Shown here piece after piece: positions 9,592 to 19,442 of a stretch of DNA of 53,939 nt (positions are counted from its first letter, which is position 1; every line of letters begins with the position of its first letter). A program made the position numbers and the translations under genes. The notes under the pieces are model-generated. The model worked only from the letters and a program-made list of their open reading frames with translations, was not told the origin of the DNA and did no database searches. The stretch is from a virus (taxonomy: Duplodnaviria; Caudoviricetes), in the IMG/VR virus record IMGVR_UViG_3300030419_006158, positions 1 to 53,939 of that record. One strand, 5' to 3'.

Positions 9592-10110
9592 ATGTCTCTG
9601 AAATTTTTTTCAATTTTAGTGTTCATATTCTCTATTGGCTGCTCGACTTCACCAGTGAAATATGACAAGCCCGTTAAAGTTGATGATTATAAAAATTTTG
9701 TTCGATTAAAAGAAGAAAAAGAGAACCCGGTTTCAGAAAAGCCTATCAGTCAAAAAATTAAAGAAAAATTCACTTTAAAATCAAAACCTAACACAATAAA
9801 AGTAGATAAGGTTGAGACAAATAAAGTAGAGATTAAAAAATCCACTCCTCTTTCTCCTTCTAAACGCAGTCCGCTTAAGCGTAGGATAAGACAAACAACC
9901 ACTAATACTATCACTTCTTCAGAACCGAAGCTACTACCTATGGCACCGCGGGTTGAATCTGAACCACCGCGGGATCTTAGTAAAAGTATTATGTTGTATT
10001 TCATATATCTGCAAGCATTCATTATTTTAATTTTCGCTTTTATGATTTTACGACGTCGCAAAAAAGTAAAAGAAGATATACCAGAAAAAACTGGCGAGTT
10101 GAACTTATAA
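9592..10110 (+). CDS. Lipoprotein with C-terminal TM helix (possible unimolecular spanin)
   Basis: Lipobox SIGC at residues 14-17; C-terminal IMLYFIYLQAFIILIFAFMIL followed by RRRKK. Confidence 0.5.
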   Translation: MSLKFFSILVFIFSIGCSTSPVKYDKPVKVDDYKNFVRLKEEKENPVSEKPISQKIKEKFTLKSKPNTIKVDKVETNKVEIKKSTPLSPSKRSPLKRRIRQTTTNTITSSEPKLLPMAPRVESEPPRDLSKSIMLYFIYLQAFIILIFAFMILRRRKKVKEDIPEKTGELNL

Positions 10111-10136
10111 CCTAAATATATTAATAACAATAATAT

Positions 10137-10295
10137 ATGACCTATCAAGACTTGTTAGACCAATTGAAAGATATTCCAGAGGAGTATTTAGATCAAGACA
10201 TAGAAGTAGCTGGTGATTGTGTAGTTGAAGAATATTATGATGTTGAGTTTAAGTACGATAAAGATGATGGTACGATCGAAATTCTTCTAGTGTGA
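10137..10295 (+). CDS. Small acidic hypothetical protein (52 aa, not in ORF track)
   Basis: MTYQDLLDQLKDIPEEYLDQDI...; TAAATA at 10113. Confidence 0.6.
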   Translation: MTYQDLLDQLKDIPEEYLDQDIEVAGDCVVEEYYDVEFKYDKDDGTIEILLV

Positions 10296-10296
10296 C

Positions 10297-10324
10297 TTGC
10301 CTTTTTATTTAGCGAAGCTATTCT
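10297..10324 (+). promoter_or_regulatory. Sigma70-type early promoter
   Basis: TTGCCT-N16-TATTCT, 6 nt before ATG 10331. Confidence 0.5.
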
Positions 10325-10330
10325 TTTGTC

Positions 10331-10564
10331 ATGGAAACTTCGTCGATTATTTCCTTTCCGTCAGATAAATTAATTGATTTTGTTAATTTTATCAATGAAT
10401 GTTGCGCTGTTATTGAACACGATCAAGTTAGTGAGTGGATTATGCTCCCTCACGGTTTTTTAAATAAAAAAACCCCGTTAGAATGGTTTACAGAATTTGG
10501 TCCAGAAAAAATATACAGGTTACTTTATTTTATTGAAAAGGATGAAGCAGATTTAATAGATTAA
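10331..10564 (+). CDS. Xre/MbcA/ParS antitoxin C-terminal-like domain protein
   Basis: VSEWIMLPHGFLNKKTPLEW...G...I.RLL matches the W-x3-P-x3-L-x2-3-TPL pattern. Confidence 0.55.
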   Translation: METSSIISFPSDKLIDFVNFINECCAVIEHDQVSEWIMLPHGFLNKKTPLEWFTEFGPEKIYRLLYFIEKDEADLID

Positions 10565-10565
10565 T

Positions 10566-10775
10566 ATGTTAACACGAGCTGAAGCGTCAAAATTGTTGTT
10601 TAAGCGAGGATGGCGTCCGGGTTTATATCCTGGTGTATGGAAGGACCCGGTTAACAAATCACTCGTAGTATGGTTCGTGGCACTTCAGCGAGAAGGTATT
10701 AAATTTAATAGAAGAGATAAACCCTGGAAGACCAACCAGTTACAATTTAAATTTACATATGGAAACATTACATAA
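10566..10775 (+). CDS. Hypothetical protein
   Basis: 69 aa ORF in the operon. Confidence 0.55.
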   Translation: MLTRAEASKLLFKRGWRPGLYPGVWKDPVNKSLVVWFVALQREGIKFNRRDKPWKTNQLQFKFTYGNIT

Positions 10776-11193
10776 AACATGGTTCGTAGATATTGATGGT
10801 ACAATATTTTACCACCTTTATAATGATAGTATTGATGATCTTATAGAAAAATATGGAGAATCAAGTCACTTGCATGAAAAGCCTATTAAAAATGCGATAG
10901 ATTTTTTTAAAAGTCGTCCAACAAAGGATAGGATTATTATTACTACTGCGAGAGAAGGTAAGCATAAGGAACACACATTACGAGCATTAAATCATTATAA
11001 TATGCGGTATGATCAGTGTCTGTTTGATTTAGCAGCTGGACCTAGAGTTGTTGTTAATGATATTAAACCACCGGGAGTAGCTGGGAATACAGAATCTATA
11101 ACTACTGCTTATGCTGTTAATCTTAGTAGAGATAAGGGTATTAATTCTGATACTCAAATGATAGCTGGATATCATAAAAATGTAAATGAATAA
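10759..11193 (+). CDS. HAD-superfamily phosphatase-like protein
   Basis: FVDIDGT, ITTAR, R.VVND.KP. Confidence 0.75.
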   Translation: METLHKTWFVDIDGTIFYHLYNDSIDDLIEKYGESSHLHEKPIKNAIDFFKSRPTKDRIIITTAREGKHKEHTLRALNHYNMRYDQCLFDLAAGPRVVVNDIKPPGVAGNTESITTAYAVNLSRDKGINSDTQMIAGYHKNVNE

Positions 11194-11362
11194 AAAAGGT
11201 AAAAAAGATAAGTGTATTATATGTAAAAGAGAGACAAGATATGATGAATTTGATCATATTGATTTTCGATATTTTTACATTGAAGGTGCTGGACAATTAT
11301 GTCCATGGTGTTATAATGAAACGTACGAAAAGAAAACGAAAATCAAAAACGTCTGGGACTAA
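11186..11362 (+). CDS. Small zinc-finger protein (58 aa, not in ORF track)
   Basis: CIIC...YIEGAGQLCPWC. Confidence 0.65.
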   Translation: MNKKGKKDKCIICKRETRYDEFDHIDFRYFYIEGAGQLCPWCYNETYEKKTKIKNVWD

Positions 11363-11422
11363 AAACTACGATATTCTACCAGAAGATTGGTCTGATGATT
11401 ATGGTATGGTTTGGTTCTGGTA

Positions 11423-11614
11423 ATGGAGCCATTATCTAGAGAGTTTCTCCTCAGCCAAAAAAAATGTTGTGGATCAGGTTGTAAAAATTGTCCATACTTA
11501 CCGCGACATAAACGAAATGCCGATGTGGTGGAATTGGTAGACACGGCAGACTTAAAATCTGCTTCCTGTAGTGGGAGTAACGGTTCGAGTCCGTTCATCG
11601 GTACCATTAAATAA
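11423..11614 (+). CDS. Cys-rich DUF5522-like protein reading through tRNA-Leu
   Basis: FLL...CCGSGCKNCPY motif; TAATG coupling at 11421-11425. Confidence 0.65.
   Translation: MEPLSREFLLSQKKCCGSGCKNCPYLPRHKRNADVVELVDTADLKSASCSGSNGSSPFIGTIK
11519..11606 (+). tRNA. tRNA-Leu(UAA)
   Basis: GCCGATG/CATCGGT acceptor stem, GCAGA-cttaaaa-TCTGC anticodon arm, long variable arm, GGTTCGAGTCC, encoded CCA. Confidence 0.95.
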
Positions 11615-11618
11615 TTTT

Positions 11619-11768
11619 ATGAATCGGGAAAAAGGAGAGAAATTAGATCTTATTGGTATTTTTGTAATATTTTTTTTGATAGTATGTTTAACAGGCTGTT
11701 CATATACGATTTATAAAGGACCTACTGAGCCTCATGTTCCAATTGTGGTTCCTTCTGATAAAGAATGA
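11619..11768 (+). CDS. Small lipoprotein
   Basis: Hydrophobic segment with LTGC lipobox; TAAATA at 11608. Confidence 0.55.
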   Translation: MNREKGEKLDLIGIFVIFFLIVCLTGCSYTIYKGPTEPHVPIVVPSDKE

Positions 11769-12448
11769 AAATATCTAAACAAGAATTACAAATTAAAGTT
11801 AACGAGCTATCAGAAAGAGGAGAGTGGAATTGTTGTTATAAGTTCCCACATGATATTTCTACAAGAAAAACTCATATTAACAGCCCGGGGTATAATTTAA
11901 ATAAATGGAAACGTTTGAGTCCTATAATAAATGAAATAGATTTAAAAGATAAAACTTTAATAGATATAGGATGTGGAGATGGTTATTATGCCATCGAATG
12001 TGCTAAAATGGGTGCTAAATATGTGTTAGGTACAGATATAGATTCTCTTAGAATAAAAAGAGGTATATTAGCAAAAGAAGTCTTTAATTTGAGTAATATA
12101 GATTTTAAGTGTATTGATTTGTATAAAGATAAAATCGAAAAATTTACCGTTGGAATGGCGTTAGGACTCCTTCACCGAATACCTAATATAGATGAATGTT
12201 TAGAAAAGTTAGGAACTATTGCTGATATTTTAGTTTTAGAATTTAAATCTTATGATACTGAAAAAGAGGTTTGTTTACCTTTAAACTCTAAATCTAAATC
12301 CAACGAGTATAATAATCTATATTCTGTACCTTCTGTTAATTATGTTAAAAAGGTATTAAGGTGTTTTGGGTTTACATTATTTTCAGAATATAAAGATACA
12401 ACGAGTAGTTTAAATTATAAACGACCTATTTTAGTTTGTAAGAGATGA
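11765..12448 (+). CDS. Class I SAM-dependent methyltransferase
   Basis: LIDIGCGDGYY, VLGTD, LGLLH. Confidence 0.85.
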   Translation: MKISKQELQIKVNELSERGEWNCCYKFPHDISTRKTHINSPGYNLNKWKRLSPIINEIDLKDKTLIDIGCGDGYYAIECAKMGAKYVLGTDIDSLRIKRGILAKEVFNLSNIDFKCIDLYKDKIEKFTVGMALGLLHRIPNIDECLEKLGTIADILVLEFKSYDTEKEVCLPLNSKSKSNEYNNLYSVPSVNYVKKVLRCFGFTLFSEYKDTTSSLNYKRPILVCKR

Positions 12449-13035
12449 TAAGTCATGAGCATAAGTACATTTTCATCGAGATTCCCAAAACCGGTACGAC
12501 AACAATATGTAGTGTTTTAAAACAACACGAAGCAGAGCAACCCTACAAGCATTTAGATCTTAAACAATATAAGGAGAGATATACTAAAGAGTATAATTCT
12601 TATTTTAAATTTTCTTTTGTCAGAAACCCGTGGGATAGAGTAGTATCATTATATAGTCGCAAAGGTGATGGTATTCAGAAAAGTATGTTTCGCCGCGGTC
12701 AACAGATCGGTCATGGGATGTCATTTGAACAGTTTGTAGATTGGATTGAATTATCAACTGACACATGTAGAAAACCGACTCCTAAAAAAAATATGGTAGA
12801 TTTTTATATGGTAGACGGTTCAATAGATATTGATTTTGTAGGTAGACTTGAAAACATCCAAGAAGACTTTAATATAGTTTGCAATAAAATTGGAATTCCA
12901 CGCCAACAATTACCACATATAAATAAATCAAAACACAAACACTACACTCGATACTATGACGATAAAACTAAACAAATTATTGCAGAGAAATTTGCAAAAG
13001 ATATTGAGTATTTTGGGTATGAATTTGGAGAATGA
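12445..13035 (+). CDS. Sulfotransferase family 2 protein
   Basis: IPKTGTT (5'-PSB), FVRNPWDRVVSLY (3'-PB), DFVGRLE, D...FGYEF. Confidence 0.9.
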   Translation: MISHEHKYIFIEIPKTGTTTICSVLKQHEAEQPYKHLDLKQYKERYTKEYNSYFKFSFVRNPWDRVVSLYSRKGDGIQKSMFRRGQQIGHGMSFEQFVDWIELSTDTCRKPTPKKNMVDFYMVDGSIDIDFVGRLENIQEDFNIVCNKIGIPRQQLPHINKSKHKHYTRYYDDKTKQIIAEKFAKDIEYFGYEFGE

Positions 13036-13038
13036 AAT

Positions 13039-13950
13039 ATGAGTTGTCATAGTATACCAAACGTATTACATTTTATATTTGGCTTAGATGAGCAGACAGA
13101 GGATTTTCTGTTTGTATATTATCTATCAGTATATTCGGCTTATATAATAAACAAACCAGAAAAGATATATCTGTATTATCATTTTGGGTCAGGAGGAGAG
13201 TGGTGGGAGAGACTTAAAGAAATTCCAAGATTAGAGTTAGTAAAAGTTTCCTTACCAGAGTATATAGGGAAACATAAGATAACTAAAACAGCCCATCGTG
13301 CAGATAAGTTAAGGATGGATGTGTTGTTTGAGTATGGTGGGGTATATATGGATATAGATACTATATCTGTTAGACCATACAAGGATTTATTACAACATGA
13401 CACAGTACTTGGATTAGAGGAACTACGTCATCACACTAACCTAGGGCCAAAGTCTATAGCTCGTTGGGGAGAATTACCAGTGATTAAAGGTATAGGTAAT
13501 GCAGTAATGTTAACACGTCCAAAAAGTCAATTTTTTAAAGAGTGGATAGGTTTATATGAAAACGTATTTCATCCTAATGGTTGGTCTGAAGCTTCAGTTG
13601 AGTTACCTAAGCACTTAGCATATAAAGACTATAAAGAAATAGAGAGACTTGCCAATGAAATCGGTGGCAATGGTATTACACCGGCTAAGATTAAACATTT
13701 AAAAGATACATTTAATACAGACAATTTAACATTATTAGGATCAGATTGTTTTTTTCAGCCTTATTGCAATAGGGTTAAGGATATATTTGTAGATGAATAT
13801 AATATACCGGAACAATTAATAACATTGCATTATTGGGCATCATTCTCATATACGTACTTTAAACATATAACAGGGTGGGATTGGGCAGAAAAAAATTCAC
13901 ATACATTATTCGGTAAGATAATGTCACAAATATATTCAAATGAACATTAA
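13039..13950 (+). CDS. GT32-like (DxD) glycosyltransferase
   Basis: IP...HF, AD.LR..L..YGGVYMDID. Confidence 0.85.
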   Translation: MSCHSIPNVLHFIFGLDEQTEDFLFVYYLSVYSAYIINKPEKIYLYYHFGSGGEWWERLKEIPRLELVKVSLPEYIGKHKITKTAHRADKLRMDVLFEYGGVYMDIDTISVRPYKDLLQHDTVLGLEELRHHTNLGPKSIARWGELPVIKGIGNAVMLTRPKSQFFKEWIGLYENVFHPNGWSEASVELPKHLAYKDYKEIERLANEIGGNGITPAKIKHLKDTFNTDNLTLLGSDCFFQPYCNRVKDIFVDEYNIPEQLITLHYWASFSYTYFKHITGWDWAEKNSHTLFGKIMSQIYSNEH

Positions 13951-14599
13951 CATAACTGATATATGCAATTTAAGTAGGATTCCTGTATGTATAGAGAAAA
14001 ACCCATTATATGTTACGTCTGTAGAAATTTTAAACGACGTAAATATTAAACCAGAAGATACTTATTTATATAAATTTTATAAACAGTTTAAACCTAAAAC
14101 ATTAAAGCAATTATTTAATATAAAAAATTCTTCATTTTCGTTTTTAGATAATTCATACAAAACATCATTTTTGCCTTGGATACACTACAAACCTGTAAAT
14201 ACTGAGGATGTCGCTTTTATTGATTTTGATGTTTCACAAAAAGTATTAAAACTTAAAAATTTAATATCTTCTATACAACAATATAATTATACTCCTGAAA
14301 AGTTTCCGACTAGACAAGGAGGTATATGTGGGTATTTTTTACAATATAAAAAACAAAGTAAATTTTATGTTACAGCAGGTAACCATAGAGTAGCTGTATT
14401 AGCAGCTTTATATAAAGATAATTCTATTCCTGTTATTTTTGAAAATAAATCTTTTTTAAAAGATAAAGAAATGAAGAACAGAGGACCTATACTCGACACA
14501 TATTCATCTGAAAATATTGACAACTGGCCGAGTATTGAACATAACACGGTACATAAAGAATGTGCATTGCAAATTATATCATCTTACTTTAATAATTAA
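13940..14599 (+). CDS. Hypothetical protein with ParB/Srx-like GNHR motif
   Basis: L..SI...Y...GNHRVAVL. Confidence 0.5.
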   Translation: MNINITDICNLSRIPVCIEKNPLYVTSVEILNDVNIKPEDTYLYKFYKQFKPKTLKQLFNIKNSSFSFLDNSYKTSFLPWIHYKPVNTEDVAFIDFDVSQKVLKLKNLISSIQQYNYTPEKFPTRQGGICGYFLQYKKQSKFYVTAGNHRVAVLAALYKDNSIPVIFENKSFLKDKEMKNRGPILDTYSSENIDNWPSIEHNTVHKECALQIISSYFNN

Positions 14600-14600
14600 T

Positions 14601-15437
14601 ATGAATCCTGTATTTGAGAAATATAAAGACAAACATACTGGTGATAGGGTATTTCTAATAGCCAATGGACCTAGTTTAAAGTATACGAATTTAAATCTCA
14701 TAAAAGATGAAATTTCCATAGCAATGAATAAGGTTTCTCTGATTTGGGCTGATAATGAAGAATGGAGACCAACGTATTATCTTTTTTCATCTACTAATGT
14801 CCGTAGTCCTATATGGGGCCAATCATGGATTGATTCTGTACGTGAAGCAGCTCAAGAAGAAAGAACTACGTCGTTTATAGCTAAACAATTCAAACAATGG
14901 ATTGACCCACAAGATACTATTCCTCAAATAAATTGGTTTAAGAGCTTATCTGAAAATAAACCAGATACGAGTGGAAATATACTTGAATCATGTTTTTCGC
15001 GAAATATTAATGAACGTATAGATAAGTCAGGTACGTCAATGAATTTAGCATTACAGTTAGCTTATCATATGAATTTTAAAGAGATTGTAATTCTAGGTAG
15101 TGATTTAGGGTTCGTCCCTGATGATGGGAGTACTTCTGATCCTAACCATTTTGATGAATCTTATAGAGCAGAAATCGCTGGTTATAAGATAAAAAAGATA
15201 AACAATCAAATGCGTAATGTTCATTCTTTAGCATATAAAAACTTTTTAGACAGAAATAAAAATAATCCTTATAAAGAAACTAAAATTTATAATGCTTCTC
15301 TTAAGACATATTTAGACGTTTATCCTATCATAGATTATGAAAATTATATTTTACATAATAAAATTATCTATCAACAAGATAAATTAAAAAAAGCTAAAGA
15401 GTATTGGGATAACCCTCATCAATATGTCGTCAAATGA
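14601..15437 (+). CDS. DUF115/MptE-like (Maf-type) sugar transferase-like protein
   Basis: FLIANGPSL, ALQLAYHM.FKEIVILG.D, NHFD. Confidence 0.75.
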   Translation: MNPVFEKYKDKHTGDRVFLIANGPSLKYTNLNLIKDEISIAMNKVSLIWADNEEWRPTYYLFSSTNVRSPIWGQSWIDSVREAAQEERTTSFIAKQFKQWIDPQDTIPQINWFKSLSENKPDTSGNILESCFSRNINERIDKSGTSMNLALQLAYHMNFKEIVILGSDLGFVPDDGSTSDPNHFDESYRAEIAGYKIKKINNQMRNVHSLAYKNFLDRNKNNPYKETKIYNASLKTYLDVYPIIDYENYILHNKIIYQQDKLKKAKEYWDNPHQYVVK

Positions 15438-15473
15438 AGAGAGAAATTTAAAAATTCGAGAGTAAATTAATAT

Positions 15474-16427
15474 ATGAAATATGTAGTCACTGGTGGTGCT
15501 GGTTTTATAGGTAGTACTTTTATAGACGAAGTACTAAAAGAAGATGTTAATCCTACAATAATTTGTATTGATGATTTTTCAACAGGGTTTAGTAGAAATA
15601 TACCCACATCTTTTAATGTAAATGTTATTAATGCTGATATATCTATGTTAGCAGGTGACAATGAAATTACTAATAAGGTAAAAAAAGAAATTGCAGGAGC
15701 GGACTATATGCTGCACTTTGCCGCGAAAGCAAGAGTACAACCATCAATAGATAATCCTATTGAATTTAATGATACGAATGTCAACGGAACTCTTAATTTG
15801 CTAGAGTTATGTAGGGAGGTAGGTGTTAAGCGATTTGTTTTCAGTTCATCGTCTTCTATATATGGAGATACAGAATTGTTCCCTACTCCAGAAACTGCTC
15901 CTTCTTGTCCCTTAAGCCCATACGGGTTACAGAAATTAATAGGAGAACAATATTGTCAGTTATATTCCACTATACACGATTTAGAGACTGTATGCTTAAG
16001 GTATTTTAATGTATATGGTGATAAAATGCCTACAGAAGGAGCGTATTGTTTAGTGATGGGTGTATTTGCTCATCAAAAACTAATTCACAGACCTCTTACT
16101 ATATACGGTGATGGTAAACAACGGAGAGATTTTACTTCCGTAAAAGACGTTATAAAAGCAAATTTATTAGCATGTACAAGTACTAATGTAGGTAAAGGAG
16201 AAGTTATTAATATTGGTAACGGTGATAATAAATCAGTACAAGATATTGCTAATATATTTGGTGGACCGTTTGAGTATAAACCTAAGCGATTAGAACCGTT
16301 TCAAACTTTAGCAGATAATACTAAAGCACGAGAATTATTAGGATGGGAACCTACAGGTAATGTACATGAGTGGGTAACTGAATATGTAAGAGAAATAGAC
16401 AACCGTATGGCTAATATACCTTTATGA
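15474..16427 (+). CDS. NAD-dependent sugar epimerase/dehydratase (GalE-like SDR)
   Basis: TGGAGFIG, SSSS.YG, YGLQK, RYFNVYG, RDF. Confidence 0.92.
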   Translation: MKYVVTGGAGFIGSTFIDEVLKEDVNPTIICIDDFSTGFSRNIPTSFNVNVINADISMLAGDNEITNKVKKEIAGADYMLHFAAKARVQPSIDNPIEFNDTNVNGTLNLLELCREVGVKRFVFSSSSSIYGDTELFPTPETAPSCPLSPYGLQKLIGEQYCQLYSTIHDLETVCLRYFNVYGDKMPTEGAYCLVMGVFAHQKLIHRPLTIYGDGKQRRDFTSVKDVIKANLLACTSTNVGKGEVINIGNGDNKSVQDIANIFGGPFEYKPKRLEPFQTLADNTKARELLGWEPTGNVHEWVTEYVREIDNRMANIPL

Positions 16428-16675
16428 AACGTAAGAGAAGATCCCCTTATACCTATTACGCACCAAGCGCAAAAAGGTTTCGTAAATTACAACGTGGTGC
16501 ACCTAATAAAATACCACCATATACTTGTCCTGCTATTGATAAGACTGTTGAGCAAGTTAACAGTTTAGTAAAGCAATTAGAAAGACTTAGAAAACAAAAT
16601 CAAAAACTTAGAAATGCGGCTGAGTACTGGGAAACAACTGCTGAATGGCTTTGTACAGAATTTTTAGACAACTAA
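16424..16675 (+). CDS. Hypothetical coiled-coil protein
   Basis: TCPAID...LE.LR..N..LR. Confidence 0.6.
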   Translation: MKRKRRSPYTYYAPSAKRFRKLQRGAPNKIPPYTCPAIDKTVEQVNSLVKQLERLRKQNQKLRNAAEYWETTAEWLCTEFLDN

Positions 16676-16676
16676 A

Positions 16677-17459
16677 ATGATTGATATTATATATTCATAT
16701 TTTAATCAAAAAGAGTATACTCGAGAGATGTTTAGATATATTAACAAATATATAGATAAATTCTTTTTAGATCAAATTATATTTACCGTGGTAGACGATA
16801 ATAGTGATTTTCCTATGATGGATTACTTACCGGAACATGAAAATTTAAATATAAAAATTTATAGAACAGATTATGAAGGATATAACCCAGCTGGTGCTTA
16901 TAATCTAGCATGTTTAAATGCCGAAACAGATTCCGTTGCTAATTTAGATATGGATATGGTTATATATAATGACTTTGTTGATCGTTTATTATCTATAAGA
17001 ACTACAGACGATAAGCATCATAGGTTTTATTTAGAAAGAGCTCATAAAATGGATTTTCGTCTAGGTAAGATTTATTATAAAAAATGTGGCTATCACGGAT
17101 TAACAACAAAAGCTACTCGTGTTAAATATCTACATGATGAACGGTTTTCTGGTAATTGGGGATTCCATGGTGTGTTTATGAGGGATTGTATGCTCCATGA
17201 TGGTATAGTAGAGGTACCTATAGATGATCAAAGGGTTATTATGCCTCCACGAATTTATTTAAATAAAGAACTGTTGAGTCGTAACTCTGATGCTGAGTAT
17301 CGTAAACATGAAACTGCTGGAGAAACACCTAATTTAATTAGAAATAAAGAAGCTAATAGACCGTTGTATGACAGGTTACTTAAAGAATTAAAAGAAGGTA
17401 CGTATGAACCATATAAGCCTCTTAATTTTAATTATGAATTAGTTTATAAAAATTTTTAG
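16677..17459 (+). CDS. GT2-like glycosyltransferase
   Basis: VVDDNS, AYNL, DMD, DERF.G.WG. Confidence 0.7.
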   Translation: MIDIIYSYFNQKEYTREMFRYINKYIDKFFLDQIIFTVVDDNSDFPMMDYLPEHENLNIKIYRTDYEGYNPAGAYNLACLNAETDSVANLDMDMVIYNDFVDRLLSIRTTDDKHHRFYLERAHKMDFRLGKIYYKKCGYHGLTTKATRVKYLHDERFSGNWGFHGVFMRDCMLHDGIVEVPIDDQRVIMPPRIYLNKELLSRNSDAEYRKHETAGETPNLIRNKEANRPLYDRLLKELKEGTYEPYKPLNFNYELVYKNF

Positions 17460-17461
17460 TC

Positions 17462-18247
17462 ATGAACAAAATAGATATTATAACTGCATATTACAATCAA
17501 AATGTTTATTTAACTGAATATTTTACATGGCTAGATAAATTTATATTACCTGAATTTGGAGATAAAGTAAACATTATTTTAATTGATGATGGTAGTAAGA
17601 AGTATCCTGCTAGAGATTTCTTACCTAAATTAACTAATACTAACTTAGATTTATATGAAATAGAAGAAGATATACCTTGGAACCTTTCTGGAGGAAGAAA
17701 CTTAGGTGTACACGTGGCAAGAAACAATAATGTTTGTTATATCGATATAGATTCAATAATTACTAAACAGCATATTACAGAATTAGTCAATATAAACTTA
17801 AATAAAAAAGAAATATATCAATTTCCGCTTTATGATTATAAATTTTTTGACTTTAGGACGAATCAATATATTTATAGGTATTTACCATCACCCTTTTTTA
17901 TGCGAAAACAAGATTTCTTACAATTTCCAATGGATGAAGATTTTTGCGGGCACTGGGGATATGAAAATGTACATTGGCTAGCATTATTACGTGTATATGG
18001 ATTCGCACTTAAAAAATTACGTACCCCAATTACTGTGACTTCAAAGACAAACGTCGATCAGAATAAAGCATCTAAAACAGATTTTAGTCAGCCAAACAGA
18101 GCATGGAAGAAAAGAGCAGGTGGTACTAATTTATCTCGTGATAGAGCAATAAACAAAGAATTGTATAATAAAAAGATTAGAGATTTAAACCCACCAGAAG
18201 ATATACTTAGATTTAATTATAAATTAGTGTATAGTACTAATAAATGA
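17462..18247 (+). CDS. GT2-like glycosyltransferase (paralog of upstream gene)
   Basis: IDDGS, WN..GRNLG, DID, DEDF.G.WGYE; shared C-terminal L.FNY.LVY. Confidence 0.75.
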   Translation: MNKIDIITAYYNQNVYLTEYFTWLDKFILPEFGDKVNIILIDDGSKKYPARDFLPKLTNTNLDLYEIEEDIPWNLSGGRNLGVHVARNNNVCYIDIDSIITKQHITELVNINLNKKEIYQFPLYDYKFFDFRTNQYIYRYLPSPFFMRKQDFLQFPMDEDFCGHWGYENVHWLALLRVYGFALKKLRTPITVTSKTNVDQNKASKTDFSQPNRAWKKRAGGTNLSRDRAINKELYNKKIRDLNPPEDILRFNYKLVYSTNK

Positions 18248-19173
18248 GCATCATAGTATCATCAAATATTAATAATAAGTTTTGGAATACGACCCATCAC
18301 GGATTTGTTGATAGTGTTGTAAAAAATATCGGGGAACATAGGTTTTTATTAATGTTTATGGATGATGGTACTGGGTTTAACTTAAACGGTTTACCTTCGA
18401 AAGTAGAAACATCAGTAATAGATAATACCTTAATTACTCATAGCAAACATGCAAATCTAAAAAGTACTTTTGGTTTTGAAAATTATGCATGTCTAGAATC
18501 TGGTGAATTTGTAAACTTTATTGATTTTGATGATGATGATATTTTAATTTTATGTGATTGGGATGTTGTAATGCAACGTGGCTTCACAGAGAAAGAGTTA
18601 GAAACTTTTAATAATTTAGGTCCGACGGAATTTGGAGTGAGTAAAGATCATTATCATAAAACAAGAGACACGCGAATTTATAGTAAGGGGAATTTATTAC
18701 ATGGGTATTTTAGAATGGCCAAAATATATGACGACATATCTGAAGACTGGGTCATATACCAAGCAGGTGTTCAAGCCGCTCGTATAAGCGCTTGGAAAAA
18801 ATTATATGAACATTGGAAAGAATTAGCACCAAGGTTTTATGAACTCCATAGAGAGCATTTTGCGTCGCAAGGATTGTTTAATTATATAATTCACAAATTT
18901 AATATGGTTAAAGAACTGCCACCTACATTTCATTTATCTAATCATTCAGGTGGTAACAGTAAAAACCCTAAACATTGGTGGCCTGGTATTAGTGCAGAGT
19001 TAAGGCCAGGTATCCCTATGGATTTACGTTATAAGTATTGTCCAAGTGAGGAGTGTGAAAAGATTTTATTTGACCAACCTCACTTTGTGTATGTCAACGA
19101 ACGTTATCCCAAAGGTGAACATGAAAAGATTTTATTTAATCATCATCACTGGAAACATTCACCAGGATTTTAA
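18244..19173 (+). CDS. Putative GT-A fold glycosyltransferase
   Basis: ILCDWDVVMQR (DxD), QAGV, Q..FNY. Confidence 0.5.
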   Translation: MSIIVSSNINNKFWNTTHHGFVDSVVKNIGEHRFLLMFMDDGTGFNLNGLPSKVETSVIDNTLITHSKHANLKSTFGFENYACLESGEFVNFIDFDDDDILILCDWDVVMQRGFTEKELETFNNLGPTEFGVSKDHYHKTRDTRIYSKGNLLHGYFRMAKIYDDISEDWVIYQAGVQAARISAWKKLYEHWKELAPRFYELHREHFASQGLFNYIIHKFNMVKELPPTFHLSNHSGGNSKNPKHWWPGISAELRPGIPMDLRYKYCPSEECEKILFDQPHFVYVNERYPKGEHEKILFNHHHWKHSPGF

Positions 19174-19177
19174 AGCA

Positions 19178-19254
19178 GCCAGCTTAGCTCAGTTCGGCAG
19201 AGCAACGGTTTTGTAAACCGTCGGTCCTCGGTTCGAATCCGAGAGCTGGCTCCA
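19178..19254 (+). tRNA. tRNA-Thr(UGU)
   Basis: GCCAGCT/AGCTGGC acceptor stem, ACGGT-ttTGTaa-ACCGT, GGTTCGAATCC, CCA. Confidence 0.95.
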
Positions 19255-19260
19255 TATTTC

Positions 19261-19268
19261 TATAAATA
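19261..19268 (+). promoter_or_regulatory. T4-type late promoter
   Basis: TATAAATA 6 nt before a GTG at 19275. Confidence 0.65.
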
Positions 19269-19274
19269 CTTATA

Positions 19275-19442
19275 GTGATAGTTATTTTACTTAATTACGG
19301 TCTTGGAGTTCTTATCGGAATGGTCGTAATGAAAGTTTTATTAGAGTCCAGAATGTTTTATCATTTAAATATTCTTTCTTTATCAGATTCTTGTAATAAA
19401 TTATTTAAATATGACAAAAGCAAAAAATCTGAAAAAAATTAA
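19275..19442 (+). CDS. Small membrane protein (55 aa, not in ORF track)
   Basis: GTG right after a late promoter; hydrophobic N-terminus. Confidence 0.45.
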   Translation: MIVILLNYGLGVLIGMVVMKVLLESRMFYHLNILSLSDSCNKLFKYDKSKKSEKN

